Shown: positions 1-13,400 of the stretch, in pieces
How the letters are laid out: each line of letters opens with the position of its first letter
Numbering within the stretch: the stretch's first letter is position 1
NCBI RefSeq assembly: GCF_037042905.1
Contig: NC_087245.1
Coordinates: 36,892,001-36,956,000, forward strand
Source of the DNA: Lytechinus pictus
Lineage: Eukaryota
Direction of reading: 5' to 3'
Length of the DNA: 64,000 nucleotides
Notes under the pieces: generated by a model
The model's input: the letters and a program-made list of their open reading frames with translations, nothing else
What the model was told of the DNA's origin: nothing
Databases searched by the model: none
Made by a program: the position numbers and the translations under genes

Positions 1-337
1 GGGGGGGGCTTCAGCCCCCCAGCCCCCATCCCCCCCCCCCCCCCCCCCCCGCTTCCGCGGCTCCTGATAACAGTCTAGGAACAATAACTAAAATAGTTCT
101 TTCTCATTTATAAGCATGGGGAAATAACATAGTAAACATAAGAAACATCAAATGAATGAAATTGTAAATAATATATTTTTTTTTTCATTTTTGGCTTCCT
201 ATAATTTTAGTACAGAGTTATACCACGTTATAAGTTGGACGTCAGAATACAGGCCCTCAAGTTGAGCATTAAATTGCGATGGTGTATATTCTAGTGTAAA
301 TATCATTATTCATGTTGCCTTTCTCTTTCCTCTTCAG

Positions 338-604
338 CTATTCATTTCACAGTATCACATCTGGCTGGCCCAGGATACAAAGACCCTCCTCGTTCTCGTG
401 CCTGGTTACCCGACCCTCAACCTCATCGTCACCTCCTTCATCTTTGTTTGCGTTGCCGTGGAGATCAAAGACATCACGGGGACTCTCACATCAATCGCCG
501 TTCCAAACGAACCTAAGAAGCTCTACGTCCGTCTGGGTCTCTTCGCGCTCTTTCTTGCCTTTCTTCTCGCCTATACAACTCTTTTAGGGGAACCAACGAC
601 GTAG
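338..604 (+). CDS. CASD1: CAS1 domain-containing protein 1 (sialate O-acetyltransferase), last coding exon; gene begins before the window
   Basis: A pyrimidine tract and CAG acceptor end at 337. The exon reads LFISQYHIWLAQDTKTLLVLVPGYPTLNLIVTSFIFVCVAVEIKDIT...GEPTT*, matching the CASD1 C-terminal membrane region (LFIxQYHIWLA...LVLIPGxPxLN...FIFVCVAxEI). Confidence 0.9.
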   Translation, partial: LFISQYHIWLAQDTKTLLVLVPGYPTLNLIVTSFIFVCVAVEIKDITGTLTSIAVPNEPKKLYVRLGLFALFLAFLLAYTTLLGEPTT

Positions 605-3308
605 TGTGAACAGAGCTGGGATGTGGCTGTGTAGTAATTAGTTACTATTACTTTGTCACATGCTTCTCGGCTATGACAAAAATATATCAAATACAATCAA
701 TATATTATAATTGCCATAGTTTCAATTTGCAATTTGAATTCATGCCATAATAAGTGTAATTGAGATATATGTATATCAATGTACATGATAGTTTTAATTG
801 AAATGCTGTTAACAGTTGCCTTCAAAAAAGTTTTATCCCATATTTTTTTCATGCATTTGTATACAAAGTTCTTTCAGCTTGAAGTGGTAAGCATTAGTGT
901 GTTCTAGTTAACTTTGAAGCTAAGTTATTGTGAATATTCAACAAGATATGACTGTATATTTAGCAAGATTATGAAAATATATATTTAGAATGGGAACATG
1001 GTAGTGAATGATTTCTCCATTTCTCAGTCAGGACAAAGTGCATGGTGGGTTTATAAAATGAGATTCAATTCTGAAGGTTTTATCAGATTTTTACCAGTAT
1101 TCGCTTCCCTTGATCAACAACAATAACAATATCCAACATAACACCTACAGGCAATGTTTGTCAAAATTGAATTTATCTCCTAAAGTCGGTCAAATTAATT
1201 TTGAATTACAAATATTCCTATTTGCTGAAATACGTTATAAGAAAATAAAAAGTAACTATAAATTTTAGTTCACGCCTTTGAAAATAAGCAAATTTCTCAG
1301 GAAGATACACAAAGCTATTCAAACAACACAACACATTTGTGCAATTAAATATGAAATGCCTGTTATGCCATCTGAAAACTGCCAGTCATTTTTTTTCTTA
1401 AATAAAAAAATATCTACTTTACAATCCCCAATGGGTTGGAAAGAAAACCCTCTCCACCGCCCGTGAAAAAAAATTGTAATGAAAAGGACAAAAATCGTAT
1501 TTATTCATACATTACCTTCCAGTTTTTAATATTTGTGTTGAGGATGTATAGAAGTTTCAAACCTAATTAGTCTTTAAAGGTAAGATTATAGTATACCACA
1601 TTTTTGTATGCATAATTTGTGGTGTCGAGTTTAAAAACCAAGCTCTCAGATACTGTTGAATCCATGAAAGGCCCATCATTTTCATTGAAATAAGAATATA
1701 TGGTATATATTTAAAAAAATATTTTCTTCGATGACTGTCACAGCATCAGAATAAAGTATGCAATGTACTTCAGATCTGGCATTGGCAGAGGCATAAATTT
1801 CGTCTGTGTATAATCGAGAATCCATCTACTTTTTCGTTACGTATCGATGCAGTTTTCTGTATTTTGCTCGTTTAATTTTTACTTCTCATTTACTTTCAAA
1901 GTACTAGTATTATACACCCAATTTTGTTTATTGTTCTGATAAAGAAAAAACTCACAGCATCTACTTTCATAGTTGCCTATGTCTTTCTGCTAGCTTGCTA
2001 AAACAAAAGAAAAAGTTAACAAATATTTTTAGTAAGCTATCACCAAAACTGAAACTATTTCAAAAACATTTGTAATGTTTGGCCTTGTTTTGAAACTTTA
2101 AACGATGTCCTTTTTTATTTTCTATTTGAAATATGCATATTGATATTTTAGAATACTTTAGATGTGTGAGCTTTAGTTGGAGCTATGTTTTATAATATTT
2201 CTTCAATTTTAAATCATCTTTGCTTTCCATTCATTTTCATATGTAGACAATTATTAGCTGAAAAAATAAAAATGGCCGTAACTTGCTTTTTCCGTCAAAA
2301 TTAAGCTGTTCTCTTATGTAAACAATTGAATTACCTAGGTTGATTTACCCTTTATTTTATAAAATGCTGCTTTTAACATGTAGAGCAATACTGTAGTTAG
2401 GCTGAAAGATTAGTTTACTTTTAGTTGGTTGCTTCTTAATCTTCAACAACTCATGTTAATATTTTATGTATTATCGTACAATAAGATATTCCTTTTCTCA
2501 CTAACTTATTAAGATTGAATTGCAATACTTGAATTGAAAGTTATTGAAAAAATAACTAAATAAAGGTGCATGAAATTAGTGAGTCTTTTGAATATTTCAT
2601 AACTGATTTATGAAATTTTGTAAATATTGTAAATTATCAGATGATAATGACTTAAATTACTATATTCATGAAATTAAAATTTGCAATTTTGTTGAATTAG
2701 TGTGAGTCTTCATTTTTTGGAATATTTAGAGTTTAGAAAACCAAAGTTGCAAAAATCTTTTTTTAGCATTTCAGCGTTTTTGATATCAGATTTTGTTAGA
2801 GCATGATGAAAAACCGCCACTACCATAATATGGTGGGAATCGGGCCATTGGCGCATTATTGCCCTGGTTCTAAATGTTAGGAACCAGGCCAACAATACAT
2901 TAAATAATTCATTATTACTATCATTTCATTCAATTGTCAAATTATGAATTTATGTTGACTTTGTCATCTTTTCTTGTATGACTTCCAACTGTAATGAAGT
3001 TTTTTATTGATTTCATTTTTTTTTGTACAATAAGCCGAAATGAAGGAAAATTAATGAATGAAAATCAACACCGACTTCAAGAACAGACACAAATAAAAAC
3101 AGACCAGTGTACACAATGAATCTGCATTATTTATTCTACTAAAAACTTACAAGCGCATTATTAGTGCAATATACAAGAGCTTGGGTACATACACAGTTCA
3201 AAGTAACAATGGGTTTGGGGATTTAAATAAAGATAATAGTACTGGGGAATGCTCTCTACATACAAAATTTGGTACAAGCCATAACAACTCCTAGTACTTG
3301 GCCACTAT

Positions 3309-3610
3309 GGCCCGTATTCTGAAGTCGGGTTTAAAGTCTGGTCTGAAGTTGTGGTTTAACTATGGATAGCCAATAGTGGCATAAATCTCTAGCAGTATAA
3401 TTTCAATGCATCAGCTCAATTTTCTCATATCATTCTTAACTGTTTCAAAAAGATAAATAAGATAGCCTTTTTTCACCATTCACGAGTTGGGAAAGAGTAT
3501 AGTAAACATAACATACAATGTAAGGAAAATTTTGACATTTTTGGCTTTCCATAATTTTAGCACAAAGTTAGACCATGGTCTAAGTTAAACCCGACTTCAG
3601 AATACGGGCC
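3309..3610. mobile_element. MITE with 26-bp TIR; a degenerate right-end copy of the same family lies at about 85-257
   Basis: GGCCCGTATTCTGAAGTCGGGTTTAA ... TTAAACCCGACTTCAGAATACGGGCC. Confidence 0.85.
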
Positions 3611-4702
3611 CATGTAGTTCATTTTATCTGTTCAGTGTGATATATGTTATATTCAATGAAGGAAAATGTAAAACTGTTGTGCAATAGAGGCTGGTTAACA
3701 ATGGTTGATTAAGTTTTTTTTTAATGAACACGCAAAGGCAGTATTCGTTCATGGATCTTGAGGGATATTTTCACGTTGATCACATGTGCATATAAACCAC
3801 ACTTTTTTGAAAGGCAGTCTTGTTTTTTAAACAAAATATACAAGCCAAACAAATACCATGCAAAAGATTATTTTTCTTCATGAATTATTAGGTACTTGAC
3901 TTGAAACAAGCAAGTGGTTCGAATGAATACAACCGGAAGAATCAGTTTAATTTCTTTTAAAAAGAAGGCAATTTCAAAATCATGGTTGCGTTGATTGACA
4001 CTTCTTTGCCATGCTGTAAACAGTAGTCTCTAAATGGTGCAATAATACAGTATAGTTTACAACCCCATACAACTGTACATTTGAATACACATGATGATAA
4101 AAATAAATAATTGAAGAAAAAAATAATAAAAGCAAGTGCACTAATACTGTTTGATTACTGTCGCTACCGCTTAGTACCTCCTTTATACAAATTGATCTGC
4201 ATATCATTCCTAATAATACATGTTAATCTGTATACTAAATGCCAGCAGATAGAATTACATCGTATGGAAGATTATAAAAATATTCTTTTGGGGTATATTT
4301 TCTATTTTTATTTTTATTATTTTTCTGTCATAGAGGAAGAGAAGGTTCAGGTGGTTATTTTCAAAGCTGGCGCTGATTACGTCATCTTACAAACTTATTT
4401 GAGTAAAGCAGGATCCACTTGCTCTGTATATACAAGTTTCTATAACATACATCCGACTCCTCTATAACGATCATATATTATTCAATATTCATCCGCTATC
4501 TGCAATGCTACAGGAGGTTCGTTTCTGCTAAGATTGCTTATACAATAAAAAAAGTTTTTAAAAAAGAACAATGAAAACACTCAATTTCAGTACAACCTAA
4601 AGACAACGCATCAAACATAATTCACATAAACATAGAAGATGATCGACTAACTAACAAGAAAACAAAAAGTTCGCATTGAAAATTGTAATGCTTAAAAACC
4701 CC

Positions 4703-4838
4703 GGGGGGGGTGTTTCATTGAAGGTTTTGCCAGTGATTTTCACTGACTAATTTGCTCTAAGCCAATCAGAATCGAGGATTTTAGTAGCTTATAGCAATAG
4801 TCAGCGCAAGTCACCATTCGTATCACGAAATGCTTCCC
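4703..4838. mobile_element. Degenerate hairpin MITE (PIF/Harbinger-like)
   Basis: GGGGGTGTTTCA...GAAATGCTTCCC ends, AGCCAATCAGAATC core. Confidence 0.6.
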
Positions 4839-7123
4839 AGACCTAACGAATATCATATCTGTAATATATTTGCAACATGATTTTTTAAATTGCCTAAATC
4901 TTCCAGCTTGGTTTACAAAAGCCCCATGTCAAATTGGGATACGAATCACTTCATTGAAATTCAAATAGCAAAAGGAGAGTTGAATACATACATTATATTA
5001 TTTAAAAACAGCTCCATAGAGTCATGATAAAATTTACAATTTGAATACAAATCATTGTTTTTTTTTCTTCAAATTCATCAAATTATTTTTACGCATTCAA
5101 TATTTTTATTCACAAATGTAAGAATGGATATGTACATCATGATAAATACACCGAAACAGATTTTGATCCTTGAATACCCTTCCTTGTAGATAACCCAACC
5201 CGATGAGGAGCTAGTCCTAAATTGTAATTTGGTTTGCATAATCCAACTCCACTCACTTCTGAAAAAGTGTGGAGGGAAGATCATGAATATGCTTTTGTTA
5301 TTTACATAATTATTTTAGAAAAATAATCAAAAGAGGTGGTCTATCTTAACCCATTTTTACCACAGGGGCATAATGCCTCAATTCATCTGAATTTTGAATT
5401 ACTTGAATGAGAAACTCTTTTCATAATCTTCTGCAATCTGCACAAAGTCTTCTTTCCTTCTAAACTATCATTATATGGAGAGTAATTCGTTGATTTTTCA
5501 TCAAGAATGTGAACCCCAAATAATATTAAATTCAGCAGAACATAATATTGTCATGTTAATAAGTAACTCCAAACAAGGAGGTCACTTTGAATGAATAATG
5601 GCCAACGTGTCTCCTTACACAGTCAATAAATATCTACCACTAGCAACAAACTTCCGCCTGTTTCTCCTCTTTTAGGTCAATATAAAAGAATGAATACAAC
5701 AATGTGCTCTGAAAAATGTGAATACCTAACTAGAATACAACTTTGGAAATTTATGCATAACAGTATCAAATCCATGCATACGGTTGGTCGATTAAATTAT
5801 TTTCCTGAATACATTAGCAGGCAGCTTTGAATTTGCATCAAACCTTCTGTTGCGGCATTATTTGGCGTAAATATTATCATGCCCTTGCCCAATAACCAAC
5901 TTTTTGTCATAACAGTATATTTGGCCAGATAAAAGTGTCACTGAAGTGACATTGCAAATGTGAAACTGAATGATGAAAGTTTCTTTAAAAAAGAAAAAAA
6001 AGTTTGAACTTGGTGAGAATCACACAACGTACAAAATAAAGAAAATTGGTGAGTTTTCTCCTTCTTTGTCATCTCCCCCTCTGTTAAAATCCCATTTTGA
6101 AAATCCTTAGCTTTTCAAGAATCATTACTGAATTTGAAGGGATGCAGTGAAACTATCCAGCCCTACTCTAGAACCACTGGGCAGCATTTTTGGAAGGCAA
6201 AGACCGACTACTGCTCCACCACTATGACAAGGTCCCTAGGAAAGGACACTTTTCAGTAGGTCACCAGTAATATAGTCAGATGCCCCCTACTGCATAGCGT
6301 TAGCACTGACCCTATCAAAACCTCCATATTCCAGGGGGATTTCATGCTCATCCCACTTGGTTTAAAATGATTCCTTCCAATTTCAATCGAATTACTTTCA
6401 AAGTTTTTTCATAGTTGCCTTTTAAAGAATGACTATTTTCACATTTTTGCCCTTTATAGAATGGTTGTTTTCACCTTTTCAACTTTCAAAGAATAATTTT
6501 TTGCACATAATATCACATTTATAAGTATTAACTGGTAGAATAAGCAGAACAAAACCTAAATACATGTAGAGTAAAAAGAGTGACGTTATTGATTTGAGCA
6601 ACTAAAATCATTCTGACTTCAATTAAAAACATTCGGCCCACATGTTATCACAAAAAGTTTAAATTTTTCAACGAGTACTGAATTTGCCTGAATAAACGCC
6701 CGTCTCCTTAATCAATCATTAATTAAAACTGAATGATGAAATTTCTTGTTTCCTTGCTTTTCCTGAAAATGAAATTCAATAAATCCATTTGTGTAAGTTG
6801 CATTTTTATGAATAAAGATGAGAATTTATGGATTTCTTTTGATTTGTTTCCTAATTCAATAACCCATTTACAATTCAAAGGTGTACCATACTCCTTGGAG
6901 TGAAAACATCTTCAGACCTGTGAAGTTTCACAAAATACTATCTTACTCCAGAGAGTTTATATACCAAGCAATCTATGTACACGATGATTCACCTGCATAT
7001 GGATGTAACACACAGGAAAATGCATTGGGCTGTTATCAATCACGTAACCAGTTCTCACAGACAGAACCAATGCTGAACCTTCCTCTGTAGCAAAAAAAAA
7101 AATTGCTTGTTTATACCATTCCC

Positions 7124-7290
7124 GGGGGTGTTTCACAATAATCACAAAGAATTAAATATGACTCACATGTGTGAGATGATGTTCATGGGCAGCACGCTAC
7201 TGCATAGTCATCAGTAGGATTGCGCAATCAATATCATGTGCACACTAGCATTTAAGCATGACTCACTTTGAATGGTTTGTGAAACACCCC
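7124..7290. mobile_element. Hairpin MITE at the start of the beta-catenin 3' UTR; same family as 15732-15942
   Basis: GGGGTGTTTCACAA ... TTGTGAAACACCCC TIR; shared internal CTACTGC..ATTGCGC. Confidence 0.8.
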
Positions 7291-7314
7291 CTGGGTTGTC
7301 TAGCCCGATGCAGC

Positions 7315-7496
7315 TTAGAGATCGGTGTCGAAGAACGCCAGGCCGGTGTTGTCCGCGGGTGGGATGCTGTCAAGGTTCAAATCGTTTGATGGCGGTCCCA
7401 TGTCGGGCAGGCTGGGATCCATGCCAAAGTCTCCGCCCCCTCCGAGGTCCAGGTCCTGCATCATAGGCTCAATGGGTCCAGTTCCATCATGATAGC
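7315..7496 (-). CDS. CTNNB1: Beta-catenin coding exon 16 (last)
   Basis: [13 protein letters not shown]...LAFFDTDL* with the conserved C-terminal PDZ-binding motif. Confidence 0.96.
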
Positions 7497-10400
7497 CTAG
7501 GAATTATAGAAGAAAGGCTTATACTTAGTCATATGGTGACAAAAGGTTTGATTCGCTTATATTTAGTTTAAAGCCTATCTTAAGCTTTGGTGAAGGGTCA
7601 GTAATTCAATAAGACTCGAGAATCATCTAACATTGATTACACAGAAGGTTCAGATTATATCGGACAGTCTGAGAAGGTACTAATCTTGAACATTTCTAGA
7701 GTGTATAATACCCCACCCCCCTTAAAAAAAAAATGAAAATTAAGAAATTAAAAATAAAAATATAAAAAAATAATATAAAAATAAATAAAGTAGTAAATAA
7801 TGAAAAAAATTACTAAAATGAAATAAATAAAAAATACACAAAATAAATCAATAAAAATATGAGCCAATTATAAATTACTGGGAAATGGAGATTGCCAAAT
7901 TGCCAAACTAATACATTGTACAGGGAGTCAAAGATAATCAGTTTCTCATAGCAAAAGACACAAAGCACTGATTCTTTTAAACAGAATGCAGCATGACAAA
8001 TTTCTACAAGTTATTTTATTATTAATGAACATTTCGATCAACTTCCTTTGAAAGAAATGTACAAACCAGTACTACTAGACTTACCCTGCATTGGGGGTGG
8101 GGGCTGCCTATATTCGCCATGGTTGCTATGAAGGCTATGTACGCTACCATGTTGAGGGTAACCAGGATCCGATGGATGCCCTCCCATTGAGCTAGGGGGG
8201 AGGATCTGGTTATCAGAGGGCATATCAAGAGGCTGGAAATAAAACAAAGAAAGAAAACTCTCCTGATTACTATGAAGACTGTCAACTGCCATGTTAGCCG
8301 TTTCAAGGGTCTGAATTCAAGACTGTACTCCAGGAACATATCTCTATTAAAAACATACTAATTCGTGTCATATTTGGTGTGTGGAGTTTCTTTATCATGC
8401 TCTATACAAATATTGTCATGAAAATTTCGAAATGAAAAAAAAAAAGAAAAGAAAATTGATGACATCACACTGAAACTCAGCAGGGGGGGGGGGTAGACAT
8501 TACACATTTGATAGAATTTGCCTGAAATAAGATCATAATTAGTAGACCCAATTCTCATCTACTTTCTTAAACTAGTTTATTTAGAGTGGAAACCAGTTTT
8601 AATGTGTAATGGGAATGCTTAAAGTGGTCTTGGAAGCGATTACAAGTGGTCTTCCAAACCAGTTTGTAATTTTCAAAACCACTTTGCCTCATTCAAATTG
8701 TTAAATTGGAGAGCAATCCAATAGTAACAAGACTACTTTAGGGCAAGTGGTTATGGAAACCAGGGATCCGTATCATAAGACTTGTTATAATAAAAACTTT
8801 GTAATAACAGTTAAAAGCTACTGAAATCATTCAGCCTGATTGGCTGGTAGTAAATTTGTTATAGAAATTGTGCATTTGTTATAATAAATCTTTATGAAAC
8901 AGAACCCAGGTCAGGAGGTAGTGATGAGAATGCAAGGAAGTGATCTTCTACACTGGATTCCTAAATTGGTTTAAGGGAAACCAGTTCAAGAAAGTTGATG
9001 GGAATGGGGTACTAGATCTAATGACTTTAGCAGAGCTGCCAAGTTGTATTTTGCATTTTCAGTATTCTCATCACCCAAAATCAGTATTTTGACAAAAAAA
9101 ATCAGTATTTTTACCGTGTGAGATAAATATTTTGTATTTTTCCCCAAAAAAGTGTATTTCATAATAAAATGCTTGGCGCATGCAAGCTAAAATGTGCACT
9201 GCTCTTGCAGATGAAAAAAACAAAAACATTGAAACTTGTGTATATCTCACCCTGGTTTTTACAAAATAATTGAAAAAAAAACAAGTTACCTGAAATTACA
9301 TTGATCTAATAACCATATTTGTGTACATTTTATGAAATAGAGACATATAGAGATGATTTTTCTCAATAAATTTCGATTTTTTTTTTTTTTTTAATACAAA
9401 AAACGTATTTTTTAAAGAAAAAACGTACTGCCGAATTTTGGTTGCAAAAACGTACTAAAAACGGAAAAATCGTACTACTTGGCAGCTCTGCTTTAGCCTT
9501 AGGAACCATCGATACTCACATCACCCCATGGTACAGAATCACCTCTGAAGAGAGAGTTACCAAGTTCCACTGAGATCCTCTTCTTGTAGTCCTGAGGCTT
9601 GTCATCTGACATACGGTACAGTACGGCTGCAGCGTAGGTAGCTGTATGAACCACAAACGGGGAAATCTCGTTTACACTCTGCGCGCTGACTTTCTAGGGA
9701 TGGCAATGCACCCCAACTAGTCTGAAGTAGCCCTTTTACATTTCAGAAGAGCCCCAAGAAAATTGTTCGTGGGTTCAATACTTAGTCTGATTTTGAAAGA
9801 AGACAACCTACCACCACCACCTACCCCACCCTTCATACTGGATCGACAAATCCAAATGTTGAAGTTTCTACTCCTTCCTCATTTCAAGATTATATGAATG
9901 AACAATGATTTCTGACTAAAAAGTGCAATTGATATATTCACCCTAACGATCATGAAGATTTGAAAAGCAAGTTTTTAATTCGAACACACATTTATTCAAC
10001 ATCCCATATCCTACCGTCCTGCCACCCAAACGGGGAAATCTCGTTTACACTCTGGTAAATTGCCAACTCGTCCACTCACCACATGGTCTACCTTCATTTA
10101 GTCCAATGCCATTCCCTGCATCAACATTTCGTCTAACAACCACTTGGTCAAATAACCATTTGGTCCAATCATCACTTCGTCTAATCACCGGTTGGTCTGT
10201 GACCATTTCGACCGGTTGGACTAATCCTCGTTTTGTTTTCATTTATTTTTCACTTAGTCTAATTAGACCAAATGGTATATGGACTAAATGGCTATTAGAC
10301 CAACTGGTTATTAGACGAAATGGTGCGTGGTAGAATTGGCAATTAGACCATGTGGATATTGGACGAACTGAAGGTAGATCAAATGATAGTATACGAGTTG

Positions 10401-13400
10401 GCAAATGGACAAATTGGCATTGGACCAAATGAAAATAAACCATGGCAATTAAATAGCCCTTTTACATTTCAGGAAAGCCCAAGAAAATTACTTATGGGTT
10501 CAATACAAAGTCTGCTTCTGAAAGAAAAGAACCTAGCACCCCCCCCCTCCAAACTGGATCAAAAAGTCATAATGTTGAATTTTTTACTCCTTCCTAATTT
10601 CAAGATTCTGTGAATGAACAATAATTTGACCACAAAATGCAACAGCAATATAATCCCTAATGATTATGAAGATTTCAAAATAAAGTTTCTAACCAGAACA
10701 AATATTTATTCAACATCCCATATCATCCCATATCCAACCTCCATGTCCCCCAATACTCCTTTGTGATATGGAAAAATGGCAATCTAATTCAATTTTTAAT
10801 CAAAATGCTATGGAAATCCTTCTGAGAATCTTGTTTTAGAGTTACGAAAGAAAAAAACTAACTAAATGCACTCCTCAAGAACATTAAATAGAGTTAAAGA
10901 TAAATGCCAGTTGTGGTGATGATTTCAAAATGGGTTCGTACAGAATCCAATAAAATGACCACACTCGTCCCCCTATGTATGAATAACGTATGCCAAAGGA
11001 TTCTGCAAGCATGACAATAAGCAATAATAATACACTGTCCCACGTGTGCCAATATCTGTGATAGTGATCCTCAAGGTGGAAGTTTTTCAGCCTTGGATTT
11101 CATGATTTAACAGAGTTCGCTTTATGTATATGTACCAGATCTAAATCTATGATGATATATTGACAACGAACCTTGGTTTTACAGACTCTCTCATAAAATC
11201 AGTATTTATTGCAACTACAATCAAACCTTTCTATTAAGACCACAAAAGAAAAGCAGAAAAAAATTGGTCACTGTAGACAGATGGTCTATATAGACAGGTA
11301 CCATAACAGGCATTCCTTTCAAATGGGAGACAATATTAGTGGCCACTAAAGGCCCAGTCACATCGCTCCGTGCAAGCCTTGCGTGTGACCTGCAGGTAAC
11401 TGTTTTTGTTACCCGCAGGTCGGCCGCATTGACAGTATCTCTCACGCAACTCACACGCAAAAGTGCACGCAAGTCTGATTTGCGCGCAGACAAGTTTTGA
11501 ACATGCTCAAAACATTTTTTGTGGGTGAGTTGCAGTTAATCACGCGCAACTCACCCCCAAGGCTTATACAGAACGATGCGACAGAGCCTTTAGACAGGTT
11601 TAACTTATTTTCATTGATGTTTAACTTACCAACTCCCTCATTCCTGGAGTGTAGTAGCTCCGTGAGGGGTGCAGTGGCGCCCTCTTGCTCAATCATCTCG
11701 GCACCCTGTTTCTCCAAAGAAAGCTCCGACAACACACCTGCTGCCACACGCTGGATGTTCTCGATGTTGGAGTAAAGCAACTGTGGGTGAATAGAGTCAA
11801 GTTAGTCTTAAAAGTGAATGATAGTCACTAATTAATCAATTAATTAATAAAACAAAAACAAGGTGAAAGTTCTCATGTAGCCTGTTTTATGGAATAAATT
11901 TCCAAATTCCCTTAAAATGATTGATACAGTATCTAAAATTCAAAACAGCTCTTAAAACTTCTTAGTGAAAATGTACGTCAATTCAACAAAAAGAAATCAG
12001 TAAAAATCTTTATCTTTTCTGTATATTCTGAAGTGCATAGAGACACAAGTATAGCAATTAATGTTCACTCTGTTTCCTAAATCAATATTTAAGGCCTGAA
12101 AAAATGTGTTTTCTTGTGAATTTCGTCTTCCTGAATTCCAGGATTTTTTCCTGTTTTTTCGTATCACGGAAAACTGGGGACTCTAATCTTAATCAGTGAG
12201 TCACAAGAACGATCATCCTTTCTTGATAGCAAATCAATTCGCATAATAATGAAAGAGAAGTCGTTTACGAACAGGGCATGACGGCTCACTGGTAGAGCGC
12301 CCGTCTCATGAATGGAAGGTCATGGGTTCCATCCCCAGCCAAGTCATACCAAAGACTCATCAACATGGGACCTTCTGCCTTCTTGCTTGGCGCTCAGGAT
12401 TTAGATTATAGGAGGAGAATAACATTATGTTATGCAGGGCCAGCTGGAAGAGCAGTTTTATGACTGACGTGGCTACCCTGGGTAAATCAATTATTATAAT
12501 TATTATTATCATTATTTATTACCTGTACGAAGAGAGGGATACAGTTGAGACCCTGGATGAGGGCTCTGTTATGGGAGTCCCTGGCTAGGATGTGAAGTGC
12601 TCCAGTAGTACCTTCTACGATGTCCTCCATACGTACACCATCTGCATAATTACCACCCTGGCTACCAGTGCTACCCATCGAGGAACGCTGGAAACAAGTA
12701 GACAAAATGTTAATTATCATTCCATTTGTTGAAGTTTCTATAAATTTGTCATTCGTGTCATATTGGTTACTCCATGCACACATACACATACCAGATAGTA
12801 GTTAACGACAAAAATCCACTCACTTAACTACTTTGAGTAAGTAAAAATACAATTATTGTTAATAATTATCATTACTTTAAATTTTGAATTATTTTGAATT
12901 TGAATTGTTTTTATTGTAATTGTAATACCGGTGTGTTGGCTCAGTTGGTAGAGCGTCCGCCCCACAACCGGGAGAGCGGAAGTTCACGCCCCAGTCGCGT
13001 TAGACCAAAAGACGTTAAAAAATGGGAGTTGCTGCTGCCCTGTTTGGTGTTAAACAATGCAAGGAATAGAGCTATTTAGATCTGGCAGTGCACGGTGGCT
13101 GCTGGGCCCACAATCAATTGGGCAAAATAAATTTTCAGAGTATATTCTATATCAGATTTCTATTAGGAAGAAAATATGGACTTTATTTTTTTCAGATTTC
13201 AACAATTCCGCCATTGGTTGCGAAATTGAATAAGCCATTATCTTGAATCTTGAAGAGAGTGTAGACTTACCCTCTGTGTGTCTTGATGAGCTCTCATAAG
13301 AAGCTGAACCAATCTGTGTAGAGCACCTTGTTCTCTCAATGGGGCGTGGTTAGCAGGGCAGAGGGCTAGGTTACGAACCAATCCAACGGTGGCCTGGTGT

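Noticed and set aside
312..587. 91-aa Ser-rich ORF
   Set aside because: Alternative frame overlapping the CASD1 exon and starting in the intron.
12928..13000. Possible tRNA gene
   Set aside because: The T-arm/B-box is degenerate, no convincing cloverleaf is evident, and the sequence continues into a SINE body.
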